Below, in pieces: positions 1 through 8,100 of a stretch of 12,366 nt of DNA. The notes under the pieces are model-generated. The model saw only the letters and a list, made by a program, of their open reading frames with translations. It made no database searches and had not been told where the DNA came from. Made by a program: the position numbers and the translations under genes. Within the stretch, counting starts at the first letter, position 1. Each line of letters opens with the position of its first letter. This DNA is from a virus. Lineage: Duplodnaviria; Heunggongvirae; Uroviricota; Caudoviricetes. The DNA is taken from IMG/VR virus record IMGVR_UViG_3300033069_001798, positions 128,001-140,366 of that record, one strand, 5' to 3'.

Positions 1-666
1 AAGGCTCAAGAGAATCAAGTTAACCTTCTTCACATCTTCGAAGATGAATGGAAAAACAAGCGTGACATCGTCTGCAGCATGATCGATCATAAGCTTAAGC
101 TTCATTCTAAAAAGTACGATGCAAGAAAGTGCACTGTGCGAAGCGTGAGCACGCAAGAACGTAAAGCATTCTTCAACGTGAATCACATCGATGGAGACGT
201 TGCTAGCAATGCTGCGTACGGGTTGTTTGAAAATGATGAGCTGCTTGCTTGCATGTCAGTAAGAAAACCGTTTCATTCTGCGCACAAAGATGCAATTGAA
301 ATTGCTAGAGCGTGCTGCGTGTCAAACGTTAACGTCAGAGGATGGCTGGGTCGTCTGACAAAGCACTGTGCTGCACAGTCAAAGCTGATGGGAGCACGCA
401 AGATGATATCTTACATCGACACTCGACTAGGAACAAATGGCAAGTCATGGGAACGCGCTGGTTGGAAGTTTAATTCTTCTACGCCTCCACGATTCTGGTG
501 GACTGACTTTGACAACCGCTTCAATCGCTTCAAGTTCAAAGCCAACAAACCCATGGGTCTGACTGAAGCTCAAGTTGCAGAAGAAGCTGGCGTTGTCAAG
601 ATATATGGGTGCGGCAACATGCTCTACGAGATGGCGCTCTTACCGTCTCTACGGCCCACAGATTGA
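1..666 (+). CDS. Hypothetical protein, 5'-partial. Frame 1 is open from nt 1 with no stop before the first ATG at 79, so the gene probably starts upstream of the window. It carries an N-H-I-D-G-D...N motif like the His-Me/HNH core of phage homing endonucleases such as I-HmuI. This is a possible nuclease.
   Basis: I translated frame 1 by hand: nt 1..78 give KAQENQVNLLHIFEDEWKNKRDIVCS with no stop, joining the listed 195-aa ORF. The stop is TGA at 664..666. It is the only plus-strand gene at this end and is convergent with the minus-strand module. A bidirectional terminator lies just downstream. The motif 'FFNVNHIDGDVASNAAYGL' resembles 'VNHIDGNKTNN' of HNH_3 endonucleases. This motif call is weak and rests on memory only. 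Confidence 0.5.
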   Translation, partial: KAQENQVNLLHIFEDEWKNKRDIVCSMIDHKLKLHSKKYDARKCTVRSVSTQERKAFFNVNHIDGDVASNAAYGLFENDELLACMSVRKPFHSAHKDAIEIARACCVSNVNVRGWLGRLTKHCAAQSKLMGARKMISYIDTRLGTNGKSWERAGWKFNSSTPPRFWWTDFDNRFNRFKFKANKPMGLTEAQVAEEAGVVKIYGCGNMLYEMALLPSLRPTD

Positions 667-672
667 AACGAG

Positions 673-703
673 AAAACCTCGGAAAAAAGATCCGAGGTTT
701 TCC
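673..703. terminator. Bidirectional rho-independent terminator. The core stem is CCTCGGA/TCCGAGG (7 bp, 677..683 and 691..697) with loop AAAAAGA. With the flanking A4 and T4 runs it extends to 11 bp. Both transcript orientations get a U-run after the stem.
   Basis: Seen directly in the sequence at 673..703: aaaaCCTCGGAaaaaagaTCCGAGGtttt. It sits between the convergent stop codons at 664..666 (plus gene) and 729..731 (minus gene). Confidence 0.6.
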
Positions 704-728
704 ATACCCTAATTTATGAATTAACTGG

Positions 729-1070
729 TCAGCTTCTCTTGCCCACGCCTGCCCAAGGGTCTTTGGTCATGCTTGAAGCTGAAGTGCTATTGAGCCAGTT
801 CATCACTGAATCGATGTTTGATTCGATCTGCGTGATCGCCTTCAGCAGCTGCTGAGCCTTCTCAGACTCAGAAGTGTTCTGCATCAGCTCTGACACGGCT
901 CTCTTTGCACCCTCACGGCCAAGCTGCTTCTTGGCAGTCTGAAGGGAAGTGTACAAGTCTCTAAGCGGACCCTGGACTTTGGCTTGCTCCATGGATGCTT
1001 CGGACAGTTCAGCCTCTTCCTTCAGAACTTCCTTGATTAGCTTTCTTAGCTGCGATTCAGTAATTTTCAT
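729..1070 (-). CDS. Hypothetical 113-aa protein. It is predicted to be all alpha-helical or coiled-coil, rich in K/E/Q/A/S. Function unknown. It is not tube-like.
   Basis: The ORF has an ATG start (cat at 1068..1070) and a TGA stop (729..731). It begins 13 nt after the HEG stop and is followed by the bidirectional terminator. I found no recognisable motif. There is no strong SD upstream (cacttaatacttaactttagATG). Confidence 0.5.
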   Translation of the reverse strand: MKITESQLRKLIKEVLKEEAELSEASMEQAKVQGPLRDLYTSLQTAKKQLGREGAKRAVSELMQNTSESEKAQQLLKAITQIESNIDSVMNWLNSTSASSMTKDPWAGVGKRS

Positions 1071-1083
1071 CTAAAGTTAAGTA

Positions 1084-1905
1084 TTAAGTGACGTGCTTCC
1101 AACACGTTCTTCTGACAATTCCGCATATCAACTCTGGCGTCACAGAATATTTTTCAGCCATATGTCTGTAGAAAATTGATTTTGCACCAAATTTAGTTAC
1201 ATCAACTTGCTGGAAGTCTAGTCTTATTTGTCGAATAGTTTCTTCTGACAATTTTGCACTTGAATTATTCTCACCTTGTCGTTTTTTGATTTCTCTCTGA
1301 CGAAAGTCTTCATCTTCTTTCCATTTCTTCTTCAACTTGGAGCCGGTTATTGGACTTTTGCCGGTATGATCATTTGATGAACATTCAACAATGGGCCCAA
1401 CACCCATCCACAATCTGCCTTTAATGATGTGGGTTATAGTGTCTGGTTTAACACCATAAAGCTTAGCATATTTTTGATAAAATTCACCCAACAACAACGT
1501 TTCGTATGGTTTTTCTTCATTCCATGCTGCTTTTATCTTAGCTACAATTTCTTCTGTCAAAATAGCCATTGGATTTCTACTGCCAGATCCAACGCCACCT
1601 CCGAGGATCATGTTATAACCACCGTAAGCAACATACGATTTAAGTTTTTCGATCCAAAATATTTCTAGTTGATTTGCTTGCTCTTGATTTTCACATATTT
1701 CTATAACTTCATGAAGAAAATTTTCTTCTCCAAAATCTCTAATTGCTACGTGAAATCTTAGTTTTGAATTCAATTTTGCATCTTTGCAATGTGATGCCCA
1801 TCTTTTGTACATAGACTCTTCAGCTGTATTTTCATTCAACGTTACTGTTTGCCCGACATAAATTTTCAAATTTAGTTTGTTTGTGTGTCTGTAGATAACA
1901 TGCAT
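1084..1905 (-). CDS. Freestanding GIY-YIG homing endonuclease of the I-TevI/Seg type, with a NUMOD-like linker and a C-terminal helix-turn-helix. The preferred start is the ATG at 1905 (273 aa). The track's 1944 start is a TTG inside the upstream terminator stem.
   Basis: From the ATG at 1905 the N-terminus reads 'MHVIYRHTNKLNLKIYVGQT...', matching the GIY-x10-YIG spacing of I-TevI ('SGIYQIKNTLNNKVYVGSA'). It has 'YKRWASHCKD' (R...H), 'EIFWIEKLKS' (catalytic Glu region) and 'GGYNMILGG' (the conserved Asn). 'GENNSSAKLSEETIRQIR' resembles I-TevI 'SGENNSFFNHKHSD' (NUMOD3). The C-terminus 'AEKYSVTPELICGIVRRTCW' is HTH-like, similar to the I-TevI tail. I checked that the codon at 1942..1944 is caa (TTG on minus) and the codon at 1903..1905 is cat (ATG on minus). 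The region is about 33% GC against about 47% in flanking genes. Confidence 0.85.
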   Translation of the reverse strand: MHVIYRHTNKLNLKIYVGQTVTLNENTAEESMYKRWASHCKDAKLNSKLRFHVAIRDFGEENFLHEVIEICENQEQANQLEIFWIEKLKSYVAYGGYNMILGGGVGSGSRNPMAILTEEIVAKIKAAWNEEKPYETLLLGEFYQKYAKLYGVKPDTITHIIKGRLWMGVGPIVECSSNDHTGKSPITGSKLKKKWKEDEDFRQREIKKRQGENNSSAKLSEETIRQIRLDFQQVDVTKFGAKSIFYRHMAEKYSVTPELICGIVRRTCWKHVT

Positions 1906-1942
1906 TAAGTTACTCAATTCAGTTGGTACTATTGTAACAAAC

Positions 1943-1971
1943 AAACGCTCGGATGAACAATCCGAGCGTTT
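1943..1971 (-). terminator. Hairpin terminator downstream of sheath paralog 2. It has an 11-bp perfect stem AAACGCTCGGA/TCCGAGCGTTT and a 7-nt loop. On the minus transcript it is followed by GUUUGUU.
   Basis: Seen directly at 1943..1971: aaacgctcggatgaacaatccgagcgttt. It lies 14 nt after the sheath-2 stop (TGA, rc of 1985..1987) and 37 nt upstream of the HEG ATG. It shares the CTCGGA-N7-TCCGAG core with the terminator at 673..703. Confidence 0.5.
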
Positions 1972-1984
1972 GAAGTTAACTGAT

Positions 1985-4900
1985 TCAGTTGGAAGTTAAT
2001 GCTGCTTGAATGTTGTTTGTTACAACAAAATCAAGACTGACATACTCTATCGTACGGGTTGGCTGCACGAAGATTTTTCCTCGAATCGTATTGTTCTCGA
2101 TGTCTGCTTGCGTCGTGGTTGAAGAATCAATGATGACCCTGAACCTCTCAAGACCAGACAGTGCCTGGATTCTCTGCAAACGTGGTGTGACGGCTGAAGA
2201 GAACCTTGCGAGCGTCGCGGCTCTGTTTGGCTCGAAGATGATCGTCCTAGAGATGTCTCTGACTTGCCTTCTGATCTCGATCAGGAGTCGTCTTACGTTG
2301 ACTCTGTCAAGAGCTGATGCAGCGGCCTGAAGCGTCTTCTGACCCCACACAACAACTCCGCCCTTCGGGCTAGTTCCACCAGATGCATTCCCTGGGAATG
2401 CAACGATTGGGTTGATGTTGACATCGTACAGAGCATCCATGTTCGTCTTGGACAGCTGAACTCTTGCTTCCAGCGTCGTCGACAGAGCGCCTCTGGTGAA
2501 GCCTGCTGGTGCAAACCATGGGTGACCCACCGCGTCATTCAACGCTAGTGCGCCCAGGACTGCGACAGAAGGAGGAACCACGAGGTTAGTCTTCGTGTTA
2601 GGATCTGGCATCACAACGTCTGGGAAGTATGCAGCTGCAAAACTGTTGTCAACTGCCCTAGAGCTGAACGATGAAGCCGTCGACGTGACAGAAGGCATCT
2701 GGCTGTCTGACGTGACTTCGGTGCCAGTGTTATCAAACTGCTCGATATCCATGATGTATAGAGCGTCGAATCTCTCCCTTACTGCATCTGCAGCAGCATC
2801 TGTTACGATTGCATGCCTGATGCCTGGGATTGCTAGAAGTTGGACATCAACGCTGACGACGTTCTTCATGATCTCTAGCGCTTTTGCGTAAGATCTTACG
2901 TTTGCACCTTGATCACGATTTCTTGTCGAAGAATTCATGTCTGCAGTGACTGCGGCGTTGTTGATCTCAACAGAGTCTCTGTCAAAGAGATTGACGCCAT
3001 CGAAACCACCTTGCATCAAGAAGGAGAACTTTGCGTACCTTCTGTTTGCCTGAATCAAGTCATTGACAGAGAATCTACGAGTCTTGGCAGAATCAGAAGC
3101 AGTGATGTTTCCATTCCTGACATACTGAGCAGATGCCCACTGAGCAGAATCAGCGTACGTGGTCGAACCGGTCACAACTTGGATATTTTCCAGCGTGAAC
3201 ATGTTGTTGCAGAACCTATCTGCATCGATGATACCCCACGTGTCTGTGTCAACGTCTCCCGTGTTGTCACCAACTGAGAAGTTCTGATTCACAGTAGAGA
3301 AGTTAGGGAAGTACTTGGCAAAAGCCTTCATCGAATCGTTCTTATACGTCGATGCATTTGGTGTTGACAAGCTGGTGACATGCTCAAACTGAGCGCCCCA
3401 GTAGAGAAGCGGGTTCACTTGAACCTTGTTGCCGCTGCCGGCAGTGATGTTGGTTCTCATTGGAAGAGGTGGAGTGACCACTCTCTTCAAGTAAGTTCCT
3501 GCGCTAAGCTGCGTTCCTGCGATCGACGTCAAAGGAGCAGATCCAGACGTGACCAGGTGCTCAATACCCCTGAAACCCATCGGAAGTGCTGTTGGATCGA
3601 CAGTCTGGTTCTCAACGCCAGGATCAACTTCCACTCTTACGAGGTTGGAGTTGGACGTGTAGTTTCCATCTACAACAAGCTTCTGTGCCGGTTCTGAACG
3701 ATCGAAGTCATAGAACACATGAGCATCGCCGATGATCTTAGCAATGTAACGATCAGAGCTTGGATCGAGCGACAAACCTCTGAACTGCTCCAGAGGAATC
3801 AAGTTACCGTCTCTATCAGACCAGTCTCTCAAGACAAGATCGAAGGTACCGTAACGATTCTGCGAATCAGACGAAGGTGTGATGTTCTCGATAGACACCT
3901 TGTAGAGAGTAGAAACTCCAGCGCCGGCGTCGAGAGCGTGCAACCTGAATAGGTTAGCTGCTGAACCACCGAACTTCTGAGAGATAACCCAAGGGGACTT
4001 AGCATGGGAGAATCTATCAGAGAATGACTCGTAGTTTGGTACAGTCGAAGAACCAAGATTTCTTCCAAGTGAGCCAGTTGTCAAGAATGCTGATGATTCC
4101 TGACCAGACTTAGCAACTCTAGAACCCGCGGCACCGCTGACTGGGTACACTAGACCAGAACCAGTGACTGCTGCAACGGCTGGGTGGATGTCCCAAGATG
4201 CGTACAGGTAGTGACCTGCTTGCTGCATCTTGTAAGGATCAGTGTTCAGAACGTTTGCAAAGTAATTTGGTGAAGTAAGATCGAAGGATGCAGTGATCAC
4301 GTTCGGGTACAGAGGATCTGTTCCCTTGTGGCCGTTGAGAAGCATGACAAAGTCTTGCTTCGAAACTGATCCATCTGTCAAAACAACTGCACCGATCATG
4401 CTGCCGTTTGCAGTAGCATCTGTAGCAACAAGCGTGGAAGAAGGAGCTGAGTTCGTTCCTTCAGCAGACGATGAGAGGCGAAGGATGACGCCAGAAGGTG
4501 CCATAAGCACACCTCTGAGGACTGGAACTGAGCTTGTGATGCCAGGTGTTACAGAACCTGCGCCCTGCAGGCCTGCATCAGAGAACGCTGTTGAACCAGC
4601 AGACTCTGACATGAAGGCGCCGAGGAAATACGTTCTTCCAAGCGGTGATCCAAGCGTTCCAGAGTTTGCATAATCGTTTCCAGCTAGAGCACCATCAGAT
4701 GATCGTGGTTGCAAGCTACCAACTGTGAAACCTGCGTTTGTGACAGAGCCAGCAGTCGTTCCATCAGCAACTCTTTGCTTGCCGTCACCTACACCAAGAA
4801 CTCGAACGTACGTCAAAGCTCCGGCGTTTCTTAGCCACTCAGTAACAGCAAGCGGACCGAACTTTTTTCCGTCTGTCTTGCCGAACTTTAGGTAGAAGTC

Positions 4901-5056
4901 ATCGATAGAACCAACGGTGACTGGCACGAATGCCGGACCCTTTGTTGCAGTTCCGATGACGCCGGCTGGGATGCCGACAGGTTGCTGAACAACTGGACCT
5001 GATAGGTCAATTTCTTTTGCTGAAACTCCAGCACTTCCAAACTTTATCTGTGACAT
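1985..5056 (-). CDS. Tail sheath protein, paralog 2. It is gp18-like, very large (about 1023 aa from the ATG at 5056), with the conserved N- and C-terminal sheath-core regions.
   Basis: The C-terminus reads 'ALDRVNVRRLL...FEPNRAATLARF...FRVIIDSSTTTQ...IFVQPTRTIEYVSLDFVVTN'. T4 gp18 reads 'DRINVRRLFN...FELNNAFTRSSF...YRVVCDTTNNT...FYIQPARSINYITLNFVAT'. 'WFAPAGFTRGAL' matches gp18 'WMSPAGYNRGQIL'. The N-terminus 'KGPAFVPVTVG' matches gp18 'WGPAF'. The track start at 5083 is TTG (caa at 5081..5083) inside a hairpin. The ATG at 5056 (cat at 5054..5056) gives an N-terminus (MSQIKFGSAGVSAKEIDLSGP...) that aligns exactly with paralog 1 (MPEQTFKSPNFYEREIDLSAP...). A GAGG lies 6 nt upstream. Confidence 0.9.
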   Translation of the reverse strand: MSQIKFGSAGVSAKEIDLSGPVVQQPVGIPAGVIGTATKGPAFVPVTVGSIDDFYLKFGKTDGKKFGPLAVTEWLRNAGALTYVRVLGVGDGKQRVADGTTAGSVTNAGFTVGSLQPRSSDGALAGNDYANSGTLGSPLGRTYFLGAFMSESAGSTAFSDAGLQGAGSVTPGITSSVPVLRGVLMAPSGVILRLSSSAEGTNSAPSSTLVATDATANGSMIGAVVLTDGSVSKQDFVMLLNGHKGTDPLYPNVITASFDLTSPNYFANVLNTDPYKMQQAGHYLYASWDIHPAVAAVTGSGLVYPVSGAAGSRVAKSGQESSAFLTTGSLGRNLGSSTVPNYESFSDRFSHAKSPWVISQKFGGSAANLFRLHALDAGAGVSTLYKVSIENITPSSDSQNRYGTFDLVLRDWSDRDGNLIPLEQFRGLSLDPSSDRYIAKIIGDAHVFYDFDRSEPAQKLVVDGNYTSNSNLVRVEVDPGVENQTVDPTALPMGFRGIEHLVTSGSAPLTSIAGTQLSAGTYLKRVVTPPLPMRTNITAGSGNKVQVNPLLYWGAQFEHVTSLSTPNASTYKNDSMKAFAKYFPNFSTVNQNFSVGDNTGDVDTDTWGIIDADRFCNNMFTLENIQVVTGSTTYADSAQWASAQYVRNGNITASDSAKTRRFSVNDLIQANRRYAKFSFLMQGGFDGVNLFDRDSVEINNAAVTADMNSSTRNRDQGANVRSYAKALEIMKNVVSVDVQLLAIPGIRHAIVTDAAADAVRERFDALYIMDIEQFDNTGTEVTSDSQMPSVTSTASSFSSRAVDNSFAAAYFPDVVMPDPNTKTNLVVPPSVAVLGALALNDAVGHPWFAPAGFTRGALSTTLEARVQLSKTNMDALYDVNINPIVAFPGNASGGTSPKGGVVVWGQKTLQAAASALDRVNVRRLLIEIRRQVRDISRTIIFEPNRAATLARFSSAVTPRLQRIQALSGLERFRVIIDSSTTTQADIENNTIRGKIFVQPTRTIEYVSLDFVVTNNIQAALTSN

Positions 5057-5080
5057 CCTATGCCTCTGCAGTGTAAGTAT

Positions 5081-5113
5081 CAATCTTTCCGCACACTACG
5101 TGCGGAAAGATTG
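5081..5113 (-). promoter_or_regulatory. Intercistronic stem-loop between the two sheath genes. It has a perfect 14-bp stem CAATCTTTCCGCAC/GTGCGGAAAGATTG and a 5-nt loop ACTAC. There is no U-tract, so it is not a canonical terminator. It is a candidate attenuator, RNA-processing or stability element.
   Basis: Seen directly in the sequence. The left arm is 5081..5094, the loop 5095..5099 and the right arm 5100..5113. It lies 23 nt after the sheath-1 stop (5137..5139) and 24 nt before the sheath-2 ATG at 5056. Confidence 0.5.
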
Positions 5114-5136
5114 TTGTTGAACTCGTAATTTCACCA

Positions 5137-8100
5137 TCAGCCGAACGTGACTCCGCTGTTCGTAATGATAAAGTCGATTGCGATATACTCGATTGTGCGT
5201 GTTGGAACAATCATGATCTTTCCGTTGAGGCGGTTAAGATCGACGTCTTCCTGCGTGTTGTTCGTTTCGTTCATCACAACTTGGAACTGCTCAACACCAG
5301 CTTGCGCCTGGATGAGTCCGAGTTGCAACGTTGCATCTGCAACGAACTTGTTTCTAACTTCTGGCGTGTTGTTCTCAAACACGCCGCGCTGTGCGATGTC
5401 AATGATGATTCTCTTGACTTCTAGGAGGAGGCGCCTGACATTGACTCTGTCAAGAGCAGACTTGTTGATCTGCAGCGTCTTCTGACCGTAGATCACAAAG
5501 CCCAACCTTGGGAAAGTTGCGATCGGGTTGATCCTAGAAGCATCAAGCCTATCTCTGTCAGAGACGTTCAATCTGACAGCAACATTGCTGACAAAGTCAA
5601 GAGACGCTCTGTTGAAACCTGCTGGTGCGAACCAAGGATATGCAACCCTGTCGTTGAATGCCAAAGCACCCATCGCTGCAACAGACGCCGGCACCTTGAC
5701 CCTACGCTTGTTCGTAGCATCATCGATGTATACGTCTGGGTAGTACGTTCCAGCGTAGTTGTTATCAATCGCTCTTGTGTCAACTTGCTCCGCCGTCTTG
5801 TCAACAGATGGGCGTGCTGTTGAATCATCGTACAGACGAGCTGATGCATCATCGTACGAAGGAATGTCCATGACGTAGTATGCTAGACCGTAGTCACGCA
5901 CCTTCTTCATAGCGTAATCAGACACAAACGTCTCTCTGATACCAGGGATCGTGAGGATGTTAGTGTTGACAGTCATTGGATCAGTCATGATATCAACTGC
6001 AGTCTTGTAAGACGCAACAGTCGAGTTAAGCTGACCAGTACCGCTTGGATTGAATCCAAGGCCTGGTGCGGTGTAACCAACTTCTGCTCCGCCACCCGCA
6101 TCGAACGATGATGCCTTATCGTTGAGCCTGCGTGCATCCCTATCAAGGATGTTGACGCCGTCCCAGCCGCCACCCATGAAGGTGACGAACTTGGTGAACG
6201 TAGAGAACTTGTTAAAGTTCGCTGCTGTGTCCTTTGCAAGGATCGTAGCTAGCGTAACTCTCGTTCCGATAGCTGAATCGTTGATCGTGTAGTTCGACGT
6301 ATCAAGCTTACCATTTCTGATGTACGCAGCTTCCTTCATGTGTTCGTTGACAGATGCAGTGAGGTGCGTGATCGCACCGTTGGAGAAAGCAACCTTTGCA
6401 AGCGTAAACTTGTTGTTGTTGAACGTGTCTGCACCAGATCCGCTTACCAGAACATCGAGCTTATCGATGCCAAGGAACTTCGTGTAAGATGCAAGCAGCG
6501 CGTTCTTCTCGCTGACAAGATTTGGGTTCAGAGCATTCGTGTTTCTTTCGAACTTAACGCCCCAGTAAAGCTGCGACAAAACAAGCTCTGTTGAACCTGG
6601 GAGACCTTGCCAAGCTGCACCAGAAGGTGCATCGCCCTTCGTAACTTTCACTCTGAAAGGCACTGGTGGGAGCAAGGAACCAGACAGAGAAGATGCAACA
6701 GATACGCCCAACGATGCCGCCAACCTTGACGTTGCTGTCGAAGGAGACGTATCAGTCAGAAGATCGTTTGTCTTTGGAAGCTGATGTCCATGAAATCCGA
6801 ATGGAAGCGTCTTCTGAGGAACTAGTGCCCTCTCGACTGCGTCAGTCATGACGATTCTGACGTACCTAGACTTGTTATCGTACTTTCCGAAGGTGACAAT
6901 CCTGCGCTCGGCGTCGACAGTTGCATCAAAGTTAAACGTAACCTTTCTATCACCAACTAGCTTCGCAACGTAGTTCGCAGCGGTTGGATTCAAAGAGCAG
7001 TTAGGGAATGACTCTAGAACCTTAGGATTCGTGTCCGTGTCTGTCCAATCTCTCACCTGCACGGTGAACGTACCGTAAGGGTTTGAATCATCGAGCGATG
7101 CCTTAAGATCAGTAATTGCAATCTTGTAGAGAGTGTTTGCGTATTCACCATCATCAAGAGCTTCAAACTTGAACAGATCGTACTCAGTTGCACCGAAAGG
7201 TTGCGAGATGAAGTACGAAGTTGATGGTGCCTTGTATCTAGTGTCGAAAGCACCAAACGCTTTCCTCATTGCTAGCGTGGTATCACCAGAATTAGCTGAA
7301 GTGACATTCGACCCAGAGAGGACGCCGACGACTGTTGCTGTTGCTAGCTCATCATCAACTGGGAAATCAGCATACAAGTAGTGCTGCTCAGAGACGAATT
7401 TGTCCGGATCCGTGTTAAGGATCTTCGCAAAGTAATCTGCGTCAGTTGGGTTCAAGCTAGCAGTGAAGATCTTCACGCCTGGGTTATTGTCTGAATTCCA
7501 GAACGTGTTTCCCAACGTAGAAGAGATGATCAGCTTGAACTTGCCGCTAGACAACGTTGCTGAATCAGAGTTAGATCCGTTGAACGTTCCAAGAGGTGCC
7601 GCAGTTCCACCGCCAAGGACCATGACCCTCGAAGAGGTTGGTGTCATGATCATGCCTCTAATCAAGTTAACAGTAGAACCAGTGTAAGAATCGTTGTCAG
7701 TGAAGAGCGGGATTCCGTAAGCTTCATTCGTCTGCAGCGTGTGCCGAGCAGCAAGGAACTGCACCGCACCGTTGTGACGACCAAGGTTATCGTGAGCCGC
7801 TGCCGTTCCATTCAAGTACATGCCTGCCGACAGAACTCGACCGGTCGTTTGAGTCGTAAGAATGTCAGAAGAAGATGCGTTTGCTCCCGCACCAAGGACT
7901 CTCAAGTACGTTAGAGCGGTCTTGTGCTGCAAGAATTCTTTGACAGCATACGGTCCAAATCTCTTTGGATCTAGATTACCAAATCTAGCTACGAATTCAT
8001 CAAAATTTCCAACAGTGACCGGCACAAACGCTGGTCCCTTGTTGCTAGTTCCGATGACACCAGCCGGTACGCCGACGGGACCTGCAATCTGCGGAGCTGA

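Noticed and set aside
1429-1668. Plus-strand 79-aa ORF antisense to the HEG
   Set aside because: Its translation is F/I/L-rich, a typical antisense reading of an AT-rich gene. It has no start context.
1906-1944. ORF-track start of the HEG at 1944
   Set aside because: The codon at 1942..1944 is caa on the plus strand, which is TTG on the minus strand. It lies inside the terminator stem at 1943..1971. The ATG at 1905 gives a canonical GIY-YIG N-terminus. The track evidently lists alternative TTG starts as 'M'.
2010-4673. Plus-strand ORFs inside sheath paralog 2 (2010..2330, 2595..2891, 2909..3277, 3380..3697, 3719..3952, 4293..4673). Also the minus-strand out-of-frame ORFs 2293..2538 and 3829..4068
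   Set aside because: These are antisense or out-of-frame shadow ORFs within a strongly supported gp18-like gene. Their translations are compositionally junk-like and carry no motifs.
5057-5083. ORF-track start of sheath paralog 2 at 5083, adding 9 N-terminal residues (MILTLQRHR)
   Set aside because: The codon is TTG (caa at 5081..5083) and it falls inside the 14-bp intercistronic hairpin. The ATG at 5056 aligns residue-for-residue with the paralog 1 N-terminus and has GAGG upstream.
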